Below are positions 26,954 through 37,937 of a stretch of 64,000 nucleotides of DNA, one piece after another. Position 1 is the stretch's first letter. Each line of letters starts with the position of its first letter. The position numbers were made by a program, and so were the translations under genes. The notes under the pieces are model-generated. The model searched no databases. It saw nothing but the letters and a program-made list of their open reading frames with translations, and was not told the origin of the DNA. Source of the stretch: Candidatus Daviesbacteria bacterium (GTDB lineage: Bacteria; Patescibacteriota; Microgenomatia; Daviesbacterales; UBA10151); NCBI GenBank assembly GCA_028687915.1, contig JAQTZF010000001.1, positions 610,634 to 674,633 on the forward strand, given 5' to 3'.

Positions 26954-28369
26954 ATGATTATTAAGAAAATTATAAAATTACTGTTTCTAATTTCAGTCTT
27001 TTTTCTGCTTAATATTTCATCAGATACAGATGCCTACTTGTTGGACAATGAACCCTCTGTAGCTAATATCTTTTCTGCTTCAACATTGGATTTATCTATA
27101 AGAGACACAACTGATAACAGCTTTCTGATTTCTCCTATTTTTAATTCAACGGGAATCGTTCCCGGATATTCTCAGTCTAAGGTTATTAGAATTAGAAAAG
27201 ATGGGTTGGAAGACTTTAAATACCAGTTTTCAGCATTACAAATAACTGGTGACAATGATCTTTGTAATTCTCTTAATATATCTGTAAGCCTTGGAGGCAT
27301 TGTCAGATATAATGGTAGTTTATTAGGTTTAAACTTAACCACTCCACAAAATATTAGTTCTTCTGGTCAGGATGATTGGGCTTTAGTTTTAAGCTTTAAT
27401 AATAACAGCTCAGTTTTAAGGGGTAAAAGTTGTGATTTTAGCTTTGTTGTTAGGGGATGGCAGCTAGATAGCGAAGAAACTTCAGGGTTTCAGGATACAC
27501 ATACTTTAAATAATAGTATTTTAGTGGCTTCAGAAGAGAGTAATAGAAGTGTGATAATAAATGAGGTGATGTGGATGGGATCTACAGGATCTTCTGCTGA
27601 TGAATGGATAGAGCTTCGAAATACCACTGATCACGATGTAGATATTAGTAAATGGATTCTGGAAAATTCAAAAGATAGCAGTAATAGAAAATTAATGATT
27701 TCAGCTAATAAAAGTATTCCTGCACATGGTTATTTTTTAATTGCCAATTATCCAAAAACAAGTGCAAACTCAACTCTTAATGTAGATGTGGATGAAGTGG
27801 CTAATTTAGAGCTTCTTAACTCTAATAATGGAAATATTATCTTAAAAAATGAAGATGGAGTTATTATTGATCAGGCAAAAGGCGATAGTTGGCCTGCAGG
27901 TCAAAACGGAACAAAAAAACAATCTATGGAAAGAAATGATACTCCTGGTGATGGATTAATAGCAGGTAGTTGGCATACATGTATTGATGCTGGTTGCAAT
28001 GATTTAACTTATTGGGATACTGAAGGGAATAATTATGGAACTCCTAAATCAGCAAATTTATCCAATGAGGCTAATATTAATTTAATTATCTCAGAAGATT
28101 ATAAAACTTTAGGTTTTAAAGTGTTTAATATTAGCGGATTTAGAAAATTAAAATATTTACTTACATATGAAACTGACACAATTTCTGATGGTGTGTCTGG
28201 AACAGTGGGTCTTGGTGGGGAAAGTGAATATGGGATTGATGGTATAAAACTAGGAACATGCTCTGCAGGCGGAACTTGTACTTATTATAGTGGAATTCAT
28301 AATATGAAGATTGTAATTGAACTGGAAGATTATGCAGGAGTCACTTCTATTTTAGAAAAAGATCTGTAG
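26954..28369 (+). CDS. SipW-signal protein with TasA-like and lamin-tail domains
   Basis: TDAYLLD.E....N.FSASTLD signal; VIINEVMWMG...DEWIELRN and GTP...N (lamin tail); C-terminal LGTCS.G..C.Y domain. Confidence 0.8.
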   Translation: MIIKKIIKLLFLISVFFLLNISSDTDAYLLDNEPSVANIFSASTLDLSIRDTTDNSFLISPIFNSTGIVPGYSQSKVIRIRKDGLEDFKYQFSALQITGDNDLCNSLNISVSLGGIVRYNGSLLGLNLTTPQNISSSGQDDWALVLSFNNNSSVLRGKSCDFSFVVRGWQLDSEETSGFQDTHTLNNSILVASEESNRSVIINEVMWMGSTGSSADEWIELRNTTDHDVDISKWILENSKDSSNRKLMISANKSIPAHGYFLIANYPKTSANSTLNVDVDEVANLELLNSNNGNIILKNEDGVIIDQAKGDSWPAGQNGTKKQSMERNDTPGDGLIAGSWHTCIDAGCNDLTYWDTEGNNYGTPKSANLSNEANINLIISEDYKTLGFKVFNISGFRKLKYLLTYETDTISDGVSGTVGLGGESEYGIDGIKLGTCSAGGTCTYYSGIHNMKIVIELEDYAGVTSILEKDL

Positions 28370-28401
28370 TTAATTTTCTAGCTTTTTAAAGAGGCATTTA
28401 A

Positions 28402-28417
28402 TTCGGGTATTTTTCGT
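28402..28417 (+). promoter_or_regulatory. Candidate LexA box upstream of uvrB
   Basis: TTCGGG-TATTT-TTCGT directly before TGtTAAAAT -10. Confidence 0.6.
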
Positions 28418-28431
28418 GTTAAAATAGGCAT

Positions 28432-30405
28432 ATGTCAAAATTTAAGATTATTTCTGACTTTAAGCCTACTGGAGATCAGCCCCAAGCTATAGAAAAGCTG
28501 GTAAAAGGTATTAATGATAAAAAACAACATCAAGTTTTACTTGGTGTAACTGGTAGTGGAAAAACTTTCACTATGGCTCAAATTATTCAGAAGGTTGATA
28601 AGCCTACTCTAATTATTTCTCATAATAAAACTTTGGCAGGACAATTAGCTCAGGAGTTTAGGTCCTTATTTCCGGAAAATGCTGTTGAGTATTTTGTGTC
28701 TTATTATGATTATTATCAGCCTGAGGCTTACGTTCCCCAATCAGATACTTATATTGAAAAAGAAGCACAAATTAATGAAGAGATAGAGAAGTTGAGGCTT
28801 TCTACAACAGCTTCCTTAATGACTCGTAAGGATATTATTGTAGTAGCATCAGTTTCTGCCATCTATAACTTAGGTTCTCCGGTAGAATATGGCCAGGCAA
28901 TTCTGGAAATTAAAAAGGGCATGAAAGCCAGTATGCATTCTATATTGAAAATCCTCACAACTATTTATTACGAAAGAAATGATATCGATTTTAAGAGAGG
29001 TACATTTCGTTTACGGGGAGATACTTTAGATATTTTTCCTGCTTATAAAGATGAAGCTTTAAGGGTTGAATTTTTGGGAGATGATATTCAAAAAATTTAT
29101 ACACTAAATCCTGTTTCAGGTGAAACTATACCAGCTTCAGATACTCAGGTAATTTATCCTTCAAAACACTACGTAACTCCTATGCAAAGGTTAATTCCGG
29201 CAGTCAAGCAAATTGAAGATGATTTAGAAGACAGATTAAAGCAGCTAAGAGATCAGGGTAAACTACTGGAAGCACAAAGATTAGAGCAAAGGACTTTTTA
29301 TGATTTGGAAATGATTAAACAATATGGTTATTGTAATGGTATAGAAAATTATTCCAGATATTTTGATGGAAGAAATCCTGGTGATCCTCCATATACTTTG
29401 CTTGATTACTTTTCAGATGATTATTTAATTATTATTGATGAATCCCATATGTCTTTACCACAAATCAGGGGAATGTATAACGGTGACAGAGCCAGAAAAG
29501 AGACTTTGATTGATTTTGGATTTAGACTACCTTCTGCTTTGGATAATAGACCTCTTAAATTTGATGAATTTATGCGAAAAATTAATCAGGTGATTTATAC
29601 TTCAGCAACACCAAATGAATATGAATTATCTCTTGTAGGGCCTGACGGAATAGCAGAACAATTAGTGCGTCCAACTGGTATTTTAGACCCGGAAATAAGT
29701 GTGCGCCCAAGTAGAAATCAGGTTGCAGATTTATTAAAGGAAATAGAGATAAGGGTAAAAAAAGGTGAACGAACTATTGTTACTACCATGACTAAGCGGA
29801 TGGCAGAGGATTTATCAGAATATTTGCATGAAAAAGGAATAAAGGTCACATATTTGCACTCTGATATTAAAACTATGGAGCGGGGAGATATATTGCAATC
29901 GTTAAGGCTAGGGGAGTTTGATGTGATTGTTGGTATAAACTTACTTCGTGAAGGATTGGATTTGCCTGAAGTTTCACTTGTGGCAATATTGGATGCAGAC
30001 AAAGAAGGATTCTTAAGATCCAGATCTGCATTAATTCAGAGTATGGGAAGAGCTGCAAGGCACATTCAAGGCAAGGTTATTATGTATGCTGATCATATTA
30101 CTGGCTCAATGGAAGCTGCGATAGAAGAAGTAAAAAGACGTCGTGAATATCAAACAGAATTTAATAAAAAACATAATATAACTCCAAAACCAATTGTAAA
30201 AGCACTTCGGGATAGACTAATAGATAAAGTAGAAGAGCTAGAAGAAGAATTAGGAAATAAGGATTTTTCAATAACAGATATTCCACCTAGTGAAAGGGCA
30301 AGAATGGCAAAGAATTTAGAAGAACAAATGAAGCAGGCAGCAGAAATGCAGGATTTTGAGTCAGCAGCAAGATTACGAGACCAGATTAAAGAATTAAGTA
30401 TTTAA
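28432..30405 (+). CDS. uvrB: Excinuclease ABC subunit B
   Basis: GVTGSGKT, YYDYYQPEAY, DESH, GRAAR, UVR domain. Confidence 0.98.
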   Translation: MSKFKIISDFKPTGDQPQAIEKLVKGINDKKQHQVLLGVTGSGKTFTMAQIIQKVDKPTLIISHNKTLAGQLAQEFRSLFPENAVEYFVSYYDYYQPEAYVPQSDTYIEKEAQINEEIEKLRLSTTASLMTRKDIIVVASVSAIYNLGSPVEYGQAILEIKKGMKASMHSILKILTTIYYERNDIDFKRGTFRLRGDTLDIFPAYKDEALRVEFLGDDIQKIYTLNPVSGETIPASDTQVIYPSKHYVTPMQRLIPAVKQIEDDLEDRLKQLRDQGKLLEAQRLEQRTFYDLEMIKQYGYCNGIENYSRYFDGRNPGDPPYTLLDYFSDDYLIIIDESHMSLPQIRGMYNGDRARKETLIDFGFRLPSALDNRPLKFDEFMRKINQVIYTSATPNEYELSLVGPDGIAEQLVRPTGILDPEISVRPSRNQVADLLKEIEIRVKKGERTIVTTMTKRMAEDLSEYLHEKGIKVTYLHSDIKTMERGDILQSLRLGEFDVIVGINLLREGLDLPEVSLVAILDADKEGFLRSRSALIQSMGRAARHIQGKVIMYADHITGSMEAAIEEVKRRREYQTEFNKKHNITPKPIVKALRDRLIDKVEELEEELGNKDFSITDIPPSERARMAKNLEEQMKQAAEMQDFESAARLRDQIKELSI

Positions 30406-30407
30406 CT

Positions 30408-30641
30408 CTATATTAAGTTTATCCTTGGTGTAAATTCTTTCGGTCTATCGCATAAGTGATTGGATTTAATAAGTTGATTTGGTGTTGTGCAGGTTCTTAT
30501 TCCTTTTTCTGCGACTGCGCTTGAAGCTTGAGCAATCATCTTTTTGCTAAAAGAAGCCCTTTCATGGCTATTTGAATTGTCTGAATTTTCTTTCCAAAGA
30601 GCGCAATCTTCACAACTGGGGGGAATATGAGCTTCAATCAT
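30408..30641 (-). CDS. Small Cys-containing hypothetical protein
   Basis: CxxC plus two further Cys; TAAAAT 6 nt before ATG. Confidence 0.45.
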   Translation of the reverse strand: MIEAHIPPSCEDCALWKENSDNSNSHERASFSKKMIAQASSAVAEKGIRTCTTPNQLIKSNHLCDRPKEFTPRINLI

Positions 30642-30823
30642 ATAACTATTTTAGACCCTTAAAAAATTTATATCAACCCTTTTGAAGCTAGGCAAAATGT
30701 TTTTTATATACCTTTGAACCTAATTGTGGTATTATAGGCTCTTGAAAAAAAATTTAGTTTGGTAAATAATAGAAGGGTACTGTATCTGTTATTGGCCTGC
30801 CCCCTACTAAACTTGTATACGAT

Positions 30824-33800
30824 ATGCAATATAGAGAGGCAGTATTATTTGTTAAGAATAAGTTTAGAGGTGTTTATTCCAGAAAGGTTAGCTTCGAAAC
30901 CCTAAAATCCAGATTTTTCACACAAAAGACTTTTTCTATTCTTCCAAAGAATGATGATTGCATGATTGGTGCGGGTTATATTCATAAGGGCAAAAAACTA
31001 ATTACTCACACAACCCTTCATTTCAACAATTCGGCCCTCAGAACTTTTGTACCATGGCAAATTTTAGCCATGATTGTTATTGCTATTACCTTAGTTGCAG
31101 GGTTAATTATTCACCCCTTAACTGTTGCAGCTATTATTTTGGGATTACTTAGTATTGTGTACTTTAGTGATACTCTTTTTAACATATATGTAATATTAAG
31201 AAGTTTATATTTTCCTCCTGAAGTTAGTTTGAGCCGAAGAAAGATCAACAATATTGATGATGAAAAGCTGCCAATTTATACAATTCTTTGTCCTCTTTAT
31301 CGTGAAGTAAAGATCTTACCTTCCTTTTTAAAAAGCATGGAAAATCTTGATTGGCCAAAAGACAGGCTGGAAGTAATTTTGTTATTAGAAGAAAACGATA
31401 TGGAAACCCAACAAGCTGCTTTGGCGCTACAACCCCCTTTTTATGTCCGAACTTTAATTGTTCCGCATTCTGAACCTAAAACGAAGCCTAAAGCTTGTAA
31501 TTATGGCTTAGGGTATGCAAATGGAGAATATTTAGTTATTTATGACGCAGAAGATAAACCAGATCCTGACCAATTAAAGAAAGCCTACTTGGGATTTTTA
31601 CGTTCACCCAAAGATATTGTTTGTTTACAGGCAAAGCTAAATTATTACAATCCAAATCAAAATCTTTTAACCAGGTTATTTACAGCTGAATATTCACTGT
31701 GGTTTGATATTATGCTTACAGGATTACAAACTATAAATACTGCCCTTCCTTTGGGTGGAACCAGTAATCACTTTAAAACTAAGGTATTAAGAGAGTTACA
31801 AGGTTGGGATCCTTTTAATGTTACTGAGGATTGTGATTTAGGAATTAGGCTTTTTAAAAATGGTTATAAGACTGCAGTTATTGATTCCACAACACTTGAA
31901 GAAGCAAATAGTAATTTTAAAAACTGGTTAAGACAAAGATCCAGATGGATAAAAGGCTACTTTCAAACCTTTTTTATTCACAACAGGCATCCTGTAGAAT
32001 TTTTTAGAAAACAGGGAATTCATGCATTAGTTTTTCAATTGATAATTGGTGCCAGGATGTCATTCATGCTAATTAATCCATTCTTATGGTTGATGACTAT
32101 CTCTTATTTTCTTTTATATTCAATAGTTGGACCGACAATTGAATCTTTCTATCCAAGTTATATTTTTTATATGGCTGTGTTCTCTTTAGTGTTTGGTAAT
32201 TTTATTTATCTTTATAACTATATGTTGGGTTGTGCTAAAAGAGGACAATGGAGCTTAGTAAAGTTTGTTTTTCTTATTCCATTTTATTGGTTAATGGCCT
32301 CAGCTGCTGCCTTAATTGCTTTTTATCAACTTTTAACTAAACCTCATTACTGGGAAAAAACAATTCATGGTCTTCATCTAAAAACAGAAGAAATAACAGA
32401 AGAAATAACAGAAGAAATAACAGAAATTACCCAGGAAGCAATTCCTGATTACACACTTTCCGGGTTTCCCAAAAGAATTAGGTTAAGATTACAGCAATTG
32501 ATTGGGGAACAACAGATTTTTGTAAGTGGAATTATATTAGTTAGTTCTAGCTTATTATCAAATTTCCTATACTTTGCCCTTAATACATATTTGGGCAGGA
32601 GTTTGAGTTTTGAAGAATATGGAGAGTTAAGTCTTTTTACAAGTTTTCTTTTTATTGCCTCAATTCCATTAGGGGCTTTGTCTACTACTGTTTCCCATAA
32701 AGTAGCTTATCTATTTGGAAAATATACAAAAGAAAAAGCTAAAAGTTATTTAAATCAAACAGTTCCATTTGCATTAATATCAGCTATTTTTCTATCTCTG
32801 CTTTGGCTGATTTCAATTCCGGTTTTAATAAGTTTTTTTCACTATGAATCTATATTACCATTTATATTATTTACTCCTGTGTGGGCAATAGGATTACTTA
32901 ATGCAAATTTTGGCGGATACTTACAAGGTATTTTATCTTTTAGCAAATTAGGGATTATTTCTATAACAGAGGTATTGGTTAAATTAGCAGTTGTAGTTTT
33001 AATGGTTAATTTTGGTTTTCATAGTTATGTAGTGATTGTATTTCCAATTTCAATGTTAGTTTCACTACTTTTAACATGGAAAACAGTTTCTAAAATTAAG
33101 CGTGAGCCAACACAAGCTTCAGAGCTACGTTTTGATAAAACTTTTTTCACTGTTTCTACTTTATCAGGATTATCAACAATTTCATTTTTGGGTGTAGATA
33201 TCATTCTTGCTAAACATTTTTTAAGTCCTTTTGAAGCAGGTCAGTATGGAGTTTTAAGTTTGGTTGGTAAAATGACATTCTTCGGAGGATCTTTGCTTCT
33301 TCCTTTTGTAATTCCAATTGTTGCGAAAAATGATGGCGCAGGAAAGAATAGTAAAACTGCCTTTTTATTTTTACTCGGCTTAACAGGATTTATTATTAGT
33401 TCTGCTTATATTGTATTAGGTATTTTTGGTAATATTTTTGTTCCATTTTTATTTGGTTCAAAGTCTTTAAGTATATTGTCTTATCTAAATGTTTATTTAT
33501 TGGGAATTGGTTTATACGCTATTACCAGGCCAATTACTCAATATTTTCAGGCAAAAAAGAATTATTTATTTACAATTCCTGGTATTTTGCTTTGTGTTGT
33601 AGAGGTGATTTTATTATCCCTCTTTCATAATAGTTTAAACCAGTTTGTTCAGATGATATTTTATGCAAGTATATTTCATGTAATTTTAATTCTTTTTGTT
33701 TATATATTTAAGAGTCAACTAGCGGTACTTATTTCAAATTTAAAGGATCTTCAGGGTTTAGCAGCTTTAAGGATTTCAAAAAAAGAGCTAAGGGAACAAT

Positions 33801-34978
33801 CAGTACAAGGGCTAAGAATATTAATATTTAATTGGAGAGATACAAAACATATATGGTCTGGAGGAGCAGAGAGTTATGTACATGAAGTAGCCAAAGAATG
33901 GGTAAATAACGGTAATAAGGTTACATTATTTTGTGGAAATGACGGGCATTGCGCTAGATACGAAATAGTTGACGGTGTAGAGGTAATACGCCGCGGAGGT
34001 TTTTATACAGTTTACATTTGGGCGTTCCTATATTATGTAAGATTTTTTAGAGGATTGTATGATGTAATTATTGATTCTGAAAATGGTTTACCATTCTTTA
34101 CTCCTCTTTATTGTTTTAAACCTAAGTTTTTACTAATTCATCATATCCATCAGGAGGTATTTCATGAGCATTTAAAGTTTCCTCTATCAATTATTGCAAT
34201 GTTCTTAGAAGGCAAGTTAATGCCTTTCATATATAAGAATCAAAGAATCATCACTGTATCGGAATCATCTAAAAGAGCAATTTTAAGAATAAAGCTAGGA
34301 TCAGAAGAAAATATTGAGGTAATGAATCCTGGGGTTGAATTAGATTTATTTAAAAAGATGAGGAAAACAGACTATCCATCTTTTGTATATTTAGGAAGAT
34401 TAAAACCTTATAAAAATATTGATATTGCAATTAAGGCTTTTAAGGAAGTTGTCAAAGAATATCCAGAAGCGAGATTTAATATTGCAGGATTTGGCGAAAG
34501 TCTATATCCGTTAAAAAAATTAACAAAAGAATTAAAATTAGATAAAAAGATAAATTTTTTAGGAAAGGTAACAGATGTAGAAAAAGCAGAACTTTTAGCA
34601 ACCAGTTGGGTGATGATACAGCCTTCCATGATAGAAGGATGGGGAATTACAGTAATAGAAGCAAACGCTGCCGGTACACCTGTTATAGCATCTAAAGTTT
34701 CAGGTTTGACAGATTCGGTATTAGATGGAAAAACAGGATTTTTGGTTAATCCTAAGGTTATAAAAGATTTTACAGAAACAATGATTCAATTAATTAAGCA
34801 TAAAACATTGAGAGATTCGTTAAGTTCTGAGGCGTATAAATGGTCCAGAAACTTTTCCTGGAAAAACAATGCTTCAAAATTATATTTATTAATTGAGGAT
34901 ATTCTGGAAACAAATATTATTCCTTCGCTTGAACCTTATACCACAGTAGCACAGGATGTTAGCTTTTCTAAAAAATGA
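30824..34978 (+). CDS. Fusion: processive GT2 glycosyltransferase + Wzx-like flippase + GT4 glycosyltransferase
   Basis: TKPKA.N, YDAED, TEDCD, QRSRW; ~12-TM middle region; NWRD..H..SGG.E and EGWGITVIEA. Confidence 0.88.
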   Translation: MQYREAVLFVKNKFRGVYSRKVSFETLKSRFFTQKTFSILPKNDDCMIGAGYIHKGKKLITHTTLHFNNSALRTFVPWQILAMIVIAITLVAGLIIHPLTVAAIILGLLSIVYFSDTLFNIYVILRSLYFPPEVSLSRRKINNIDDEKLPIYTILCPLYREVKILPSFLKSMENLDWPKDRLEVILLLEENDMETQQAALALQPPFYVRTLIVPHSEPKTKPKACNYGLGYANGEYLVIYDAEDKPDPDQLKKAYLGFLRSPKDIVCLQAKLNYYNPNQNLLTRLFTAEYSLWFDIMLTGLQTINTALPLGGTSNHFKTKVLRELQGWDPFNVTEDCDLGIRLFKNGYKTAVIDSTTLEEANSNFKNWLRQRSRWIKGYFQTFFIHNRHPVEFFRKQGIHALVFQLIIGARMSFMLINPFLWLMTISYFLLYSIVGPTIESFYPSYIFYMAVFSLVFGNFIYLYNYMLGCAKRGQWSLVKFVFLIPFYWLMASAAALIAFYQLLTKPHYWEKTIHGLHLKTEEITEEITEEITEITQEAIPDYTLSGFPKRIRLRLQQLIGEQQIFVSGIILVSSSLLSNFLYFALNTYLGRSLSFEEYGELSLFTSFLFIASIPLGALSTTVSHKVAYLFGKYTKEKAKSYLNQTVPFALISAIFLSLLWLISIPVLISFFHYESILPFILFTPVWAIGLLNANFGGYLQGILSFSKLGIISITEVLVKLAVVVLMVNFGFHSYVVIVFPISMLVSLLLTWKTVSKIKREPTQASELRFDKTFFTVSTLSGLSTISFLGVDIILAKHFLSPFEAGQYGVLSLVGKMTFFGGSLLLPFVIPIVAKNDGAGKNSKTAFLFLLGLTGFIISSAYIVLGIFGNIFVPFLFGSKSLSILSYLNVYLLGIGLYAITRPITQYFQAKKNYLFTIPGILLCVVEVILLSLFHNSLNQFVQMIFYASIFHVILILFVYIFKSQLAVLISNLKDLQGLAALRISKKELREQSVQGLRILIFNWRDTKHIWSGGAESYVHEVAKEWVNNGNKVTLFCGNDGHCARYEIVDGVEVIRRGGFYTVYIWAFLYYVRFFRGLYDVIIDSENGLPFFTPLYCFKPKFLLIHHIHQEVFHEHLKFPLSIIAMFLEGKLMPFIYKNQRIITVSESSKRAILRIKLGSEENIEVMNPGVELDLFKKMRKTDYPSFVYLGRLKPYKNIDIAIKAFKEVVKEYPEARFNIAGFGESLYPLKKLTKELKLDKKINFLGKVTDVEKAELLATSWVMIQPSMIEGWGITVIEANAAGTPVIASKVSGLTDSVLDGKTGFLVNPKVIKDFTETMIQLIKHKTLRDSLSSEAYKWSRNFSWKNNASKLYLLIEDILETNIIPSLEPYTTVAQDVSFSKK
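32384..32425 (+). repeat. In-frame 12-bp tandem repeat (ACAGAAGAAATA x3.5; TEEI)
   Basis: Read directly; lies in the GT2-flippase linker. Confidence 0.9.
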
Positions 34979-35871
34979 AAAATATATTATCAATTACCAT
35001 TGGAATACCTGCCTACAATGAGGAAGAAAATATTGGACATCTTCTTAGCTCATTAATATTACAAGAGAGAAAAGGATTTAAGATAAATGAAATTATTGTT
35101 ATTTCTGATGGAAGTACTGATAAGACCTCTGAGCAGGTAATGAGCATTAATAATAAATTAATTAGATTAATTGAGGGTAAGAATAGGAAAGGACAAAATA
35201 TCCGTCAAAACGAGATTATAAAATCTATGTCCAAACGGTCTGATTGTTTACTATTAATTGAGGCAGACATTTTACCGAAAGATAGTAAATATATTTCAAG
35301 ATTGGTTGAAATGGTTCCTTATGATAAGAGATTTAGTTTAATTACTGGTAGTTTTGTACCAATACCAACAGGTAATTTATTTGCAAAAATTATCATCTTT
35401 GGTTTTGAACTACGAAGTGAGTTTTTTAAAGCTAATAGGAATGGGTTAAGTTTATATTTATGTAATGGTCCTAAATTACTTTCGAAAGATTTTTTAAAAA
35501 CATTCTTGTGGAGCGAGAATTTTCATGAGGATTCATATTGCTACAGAGAGGCGCTAAAGTCTGATTTAGAAATTTATAGAAACCCGAGTGCAATTGCTTA
35601 TTATCGTTCTGCAGAAAACTTTAATGATTATTTAATTCAAAGTGGTAAATTTCAAAAAGCCAAGGATAAAGAAGACTCTTATTCTGATATTTATAAACTT
35701 AACGTGAGTTACGTAGAGATTTTAAAAATTATCCAAAAATTCTTTTTCAGAAATCCTTTTATGTTTACATCATATATTTCGCTGGTATTAATTTCAAGAA
35801 TATATAGCCAATTTTTACCAAGATATACTGTGTTCTGGAAAATTTATAAGTCTACTAAAAAAGGATTCTGA
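34975..35871 (+). CDS. Glycosyltransferase family 2
   Basis: IGIPAYNEE, SDGSTD; DxD appears as EAD. Confidence 0.88.
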   Translation: MKNILSITIGIPAYNEEENIGHLLSSLILQERKGFKINEIIVISDGSTDKTSEQVMSINNKLIRLIEGKNRKGQNIRQNEIIKSMSKRSDCLLLIEADILPKDSKYISRLVEMVPYDKRFSLITGSFVPIPTGNLFAKIIIFGFELRSEFFKANRNGLSLYLCNGPKLLSKDFLKTFLWSENFHEDSYCYREALKSDLEIYRNPSAIAYYRSAENFNDYLIQSGKFQKAKDKEDSYSDIYKLNVSYVEILKIIQKFFFRNPFMFTSYISLVLISRIYSQFLPRYTVFWKIYKSTKKGF

Positions 35872-35877
35872 AAAAAT

Positions 35878-36804
35878 ATGAAAAATAATCTTCCAACTGT
35901 CTCGATTTGTATCCCAGCTTATAACGAAGAGGAGAACATTAAATCACTTTTAGTTTCACTGCTTAGTCAGAAACATAAAAAATTTGTCTTAGAAGATATA
36001 ATTGTTCGTTTAGATGCTAGCACAGATAAAACATATGAAATAGTAAATTCACTGAGTAAAAAACATGAAACTATAAAGTTAATAAAAGGGTCTGTAAGAA
36101 AAGGTAAATATTTTAGAGTTAATGAGGCTTTTAGAAACTGTAAAACTGATGTATTGGTAATTCTAGATGCAGACATAGCCTTAGTCGGGAAGGACTTTTT
36201 AGAAAAATTAATAGATGTTATATCTTCAAATAAGAAAGCTGTACTTGTTTCGGCTCATCAAATTTCACTACAACCGTCTGATTTTATCGGAAAGATTATT
36301 CATACACATTTTGAGATGTGGAGTTACATAAGGTTAAATTTTCCTAATCAAAATAGTGCACTCAATTATTTAGGCTCTGCCACAGCATATCGAGGTTCTT
36401 TTGTCTGTTCAATTAATATGCCATCATCATTATCTGATCCTCATCTATATATTTTTATGAAAGCCAGAGAGGTGAATGGCTTTATATATTGCAAGACAGC
36501 TGAAATATTGGTCTGGCCTATCTCAACGATTTCTGATTTAAAAAAATTCCTGCAACGTTCCATTGGTAAAAAAGATAATGAATTAATAAAATTATTCGGA
36601 AAAGATATTGAGAGTATTTACTATATTCCAACAGGATACAAAATTAAAGGAATTGTTAAATCATTGATCAGACAACCATTTTATACCCCTTTGGCAATAG
36701 TATTGTCCCTCTATATATCTATATTTGTACTTAAAAATATCAAAAAGAAGAATTCTGCTGTTTGGGATATTGTGAAGTCAACAAAAAAGCCTTTTTCACA
36801 ATGA
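35878..36804 (+). CDS. Glycosyltransferase family 2
   Basis: CIPAYNEE, DASTD, LDAD. Confidence 0.9.
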   Translation: MKNNLPTVSICIPAYNEEENIKSLLVSLLSQKHKKFVLEDIIVRLDASTDKTYEIVNSLSKKHETIKLIKGSVRKGKYFRVNEAFRNCKTDVLVILDADIALVGKDFLEKLIDVISSNKKAVLVSAHQISLQPSDFIGKIIHTHFEMWSYIRLNFPNQNSALNYLGSATAYRGSFVCSINMPSSLSDPHLYIFMKAREVNGFIYCKTAEILVWPISTISDLKKFLQRSIGKKDNELIKLFGKDIESIYYIPTGYKIKGIVKSLIRQPFYTPLAIVLSLYISIFVLKNIKKKNSAVWDIVKSTKKPFSQ

Positions 36805-37937
36805 CTAAATTAATTAAACCAAAGATAATTATTTCATCTTATGATGATCTTAAAAATCCTTTTTATGGTGGTGGCGGTGCTGTCGCAATTCATGAGGTTT
36901 TTAAGAGATTAACAAATAATTATCAAGTGGTAGTTCTAACAGGAACGTATCCAGGTTCAAAAAACATCGTTGTTGATAAAATATTGTATCAAAGAATTGG
37001 AAGCTCATTGTTAGGGCCACGAATAGGTCAATTAATATTTCAATTACTTTTACCATATTATGCGGTAGTAAAAGAATACAATCTTTGGATAGAAAGCTTT
37101 ACTCCGCCCTTTTCTACTGCCTGTTTACAATTATTTACAAAAAAGCCAGTAGTTGGACTTGTTCATATGCTTTGTGCAAGTGATATGCAAAGAAAATATA
37201 AAATTCCTTTTGGGGTTTTAGAGGCGTTAGAAAATATAGGACTTAAAACATATAGACACTTTATTGTGTTGACCGAAAGTACAAAATTAAAAATCGTTCA
37301 TATTAATCGAAGAGCTTCATTTTTACGTGTATCTAATGGAATCTCATTACCTAAGAACTATTTAATCCAAAACAAAAAAATAGGAGAATATATATTATTC
37401 TTGGGAAGAATTGAGGTAAATCAAAAAGGTCTTGATCTGCTTTTAAAATCATACAAATCTTTTCTAAAAGAAGATAACATGCAGCTTATTATTGCTGGTT
37501 TTGGTGTCAAATCTGAAGAAAAAAAACTAGTTAACTTAATTTCAGATTTAGGATTAAATAAAAAAGTTAAGTTTATTGGTCGAGTCACAGGAACTACGAA
37601 AGATAGATTGCTTAAGTATGCTTCATTTATAGTAATTTCTTCTAGATTTGAAACATTTTCACTGGTGGCTTTGGAGGCATTATCTTTTTCTTTGCCATTA
37701 ATTACTTTCGATATTGATGGATTGAAGTGGATTCCTAAAAATAGTGTAATTAAAGTGAAGCCTTTTGACGTGAATTTATTGACAAAGGAGATGCTTCGGC
37801 TAGCAACAGATAACCATTTAAGAACTAGCCTGGGTTCCTGTGGCCAGTTATATGTAAAGAATCTATCCTGGGATAATCTAGCCAAACAATACGATCAATA
37901 TATTACTAAAGTTAGTATAGGAAGTAATTATGAATGA
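36801..37937 (+). CDS. Glycosyltransferase family 4
   Basis: YGGGG, FLGR....KG.DLL, ETFSLVALEA. Confidence 0.9.
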   Translation: MTKLIKPKIIISSYDDLKNPFYGGGGAVAIHEVFKRLTNNYQVVVLTGTYPGSKNIVVDKILYQRIGSSLLGPRIGQLIFQLLLPYYAVVKEYNLWIESFTPPFSTACLQLFTKKPVVGLVHMLCASDMQRKYKIPFGVLEALENIGLKTYRHFIVLTESTKLKIVHINRRASFLRVSNGISLPKNYLIQNKKIGEYILFLGRIEVNQKGLDLLLKSYKSFLKEDNMQLIIAGFGVKSEEKKLVNLISDLGLNKKVKFIGRVTGTTKDRLLKYASFIVISSRFETFSLVALEALSFSLPLITFDIDGLKWIPKNSVIKVKPFDVNLLTKEMLRLATDNHLRTSLGSCGQLYVKNLSWDNLAKQYDQYITKVSIGSNYE

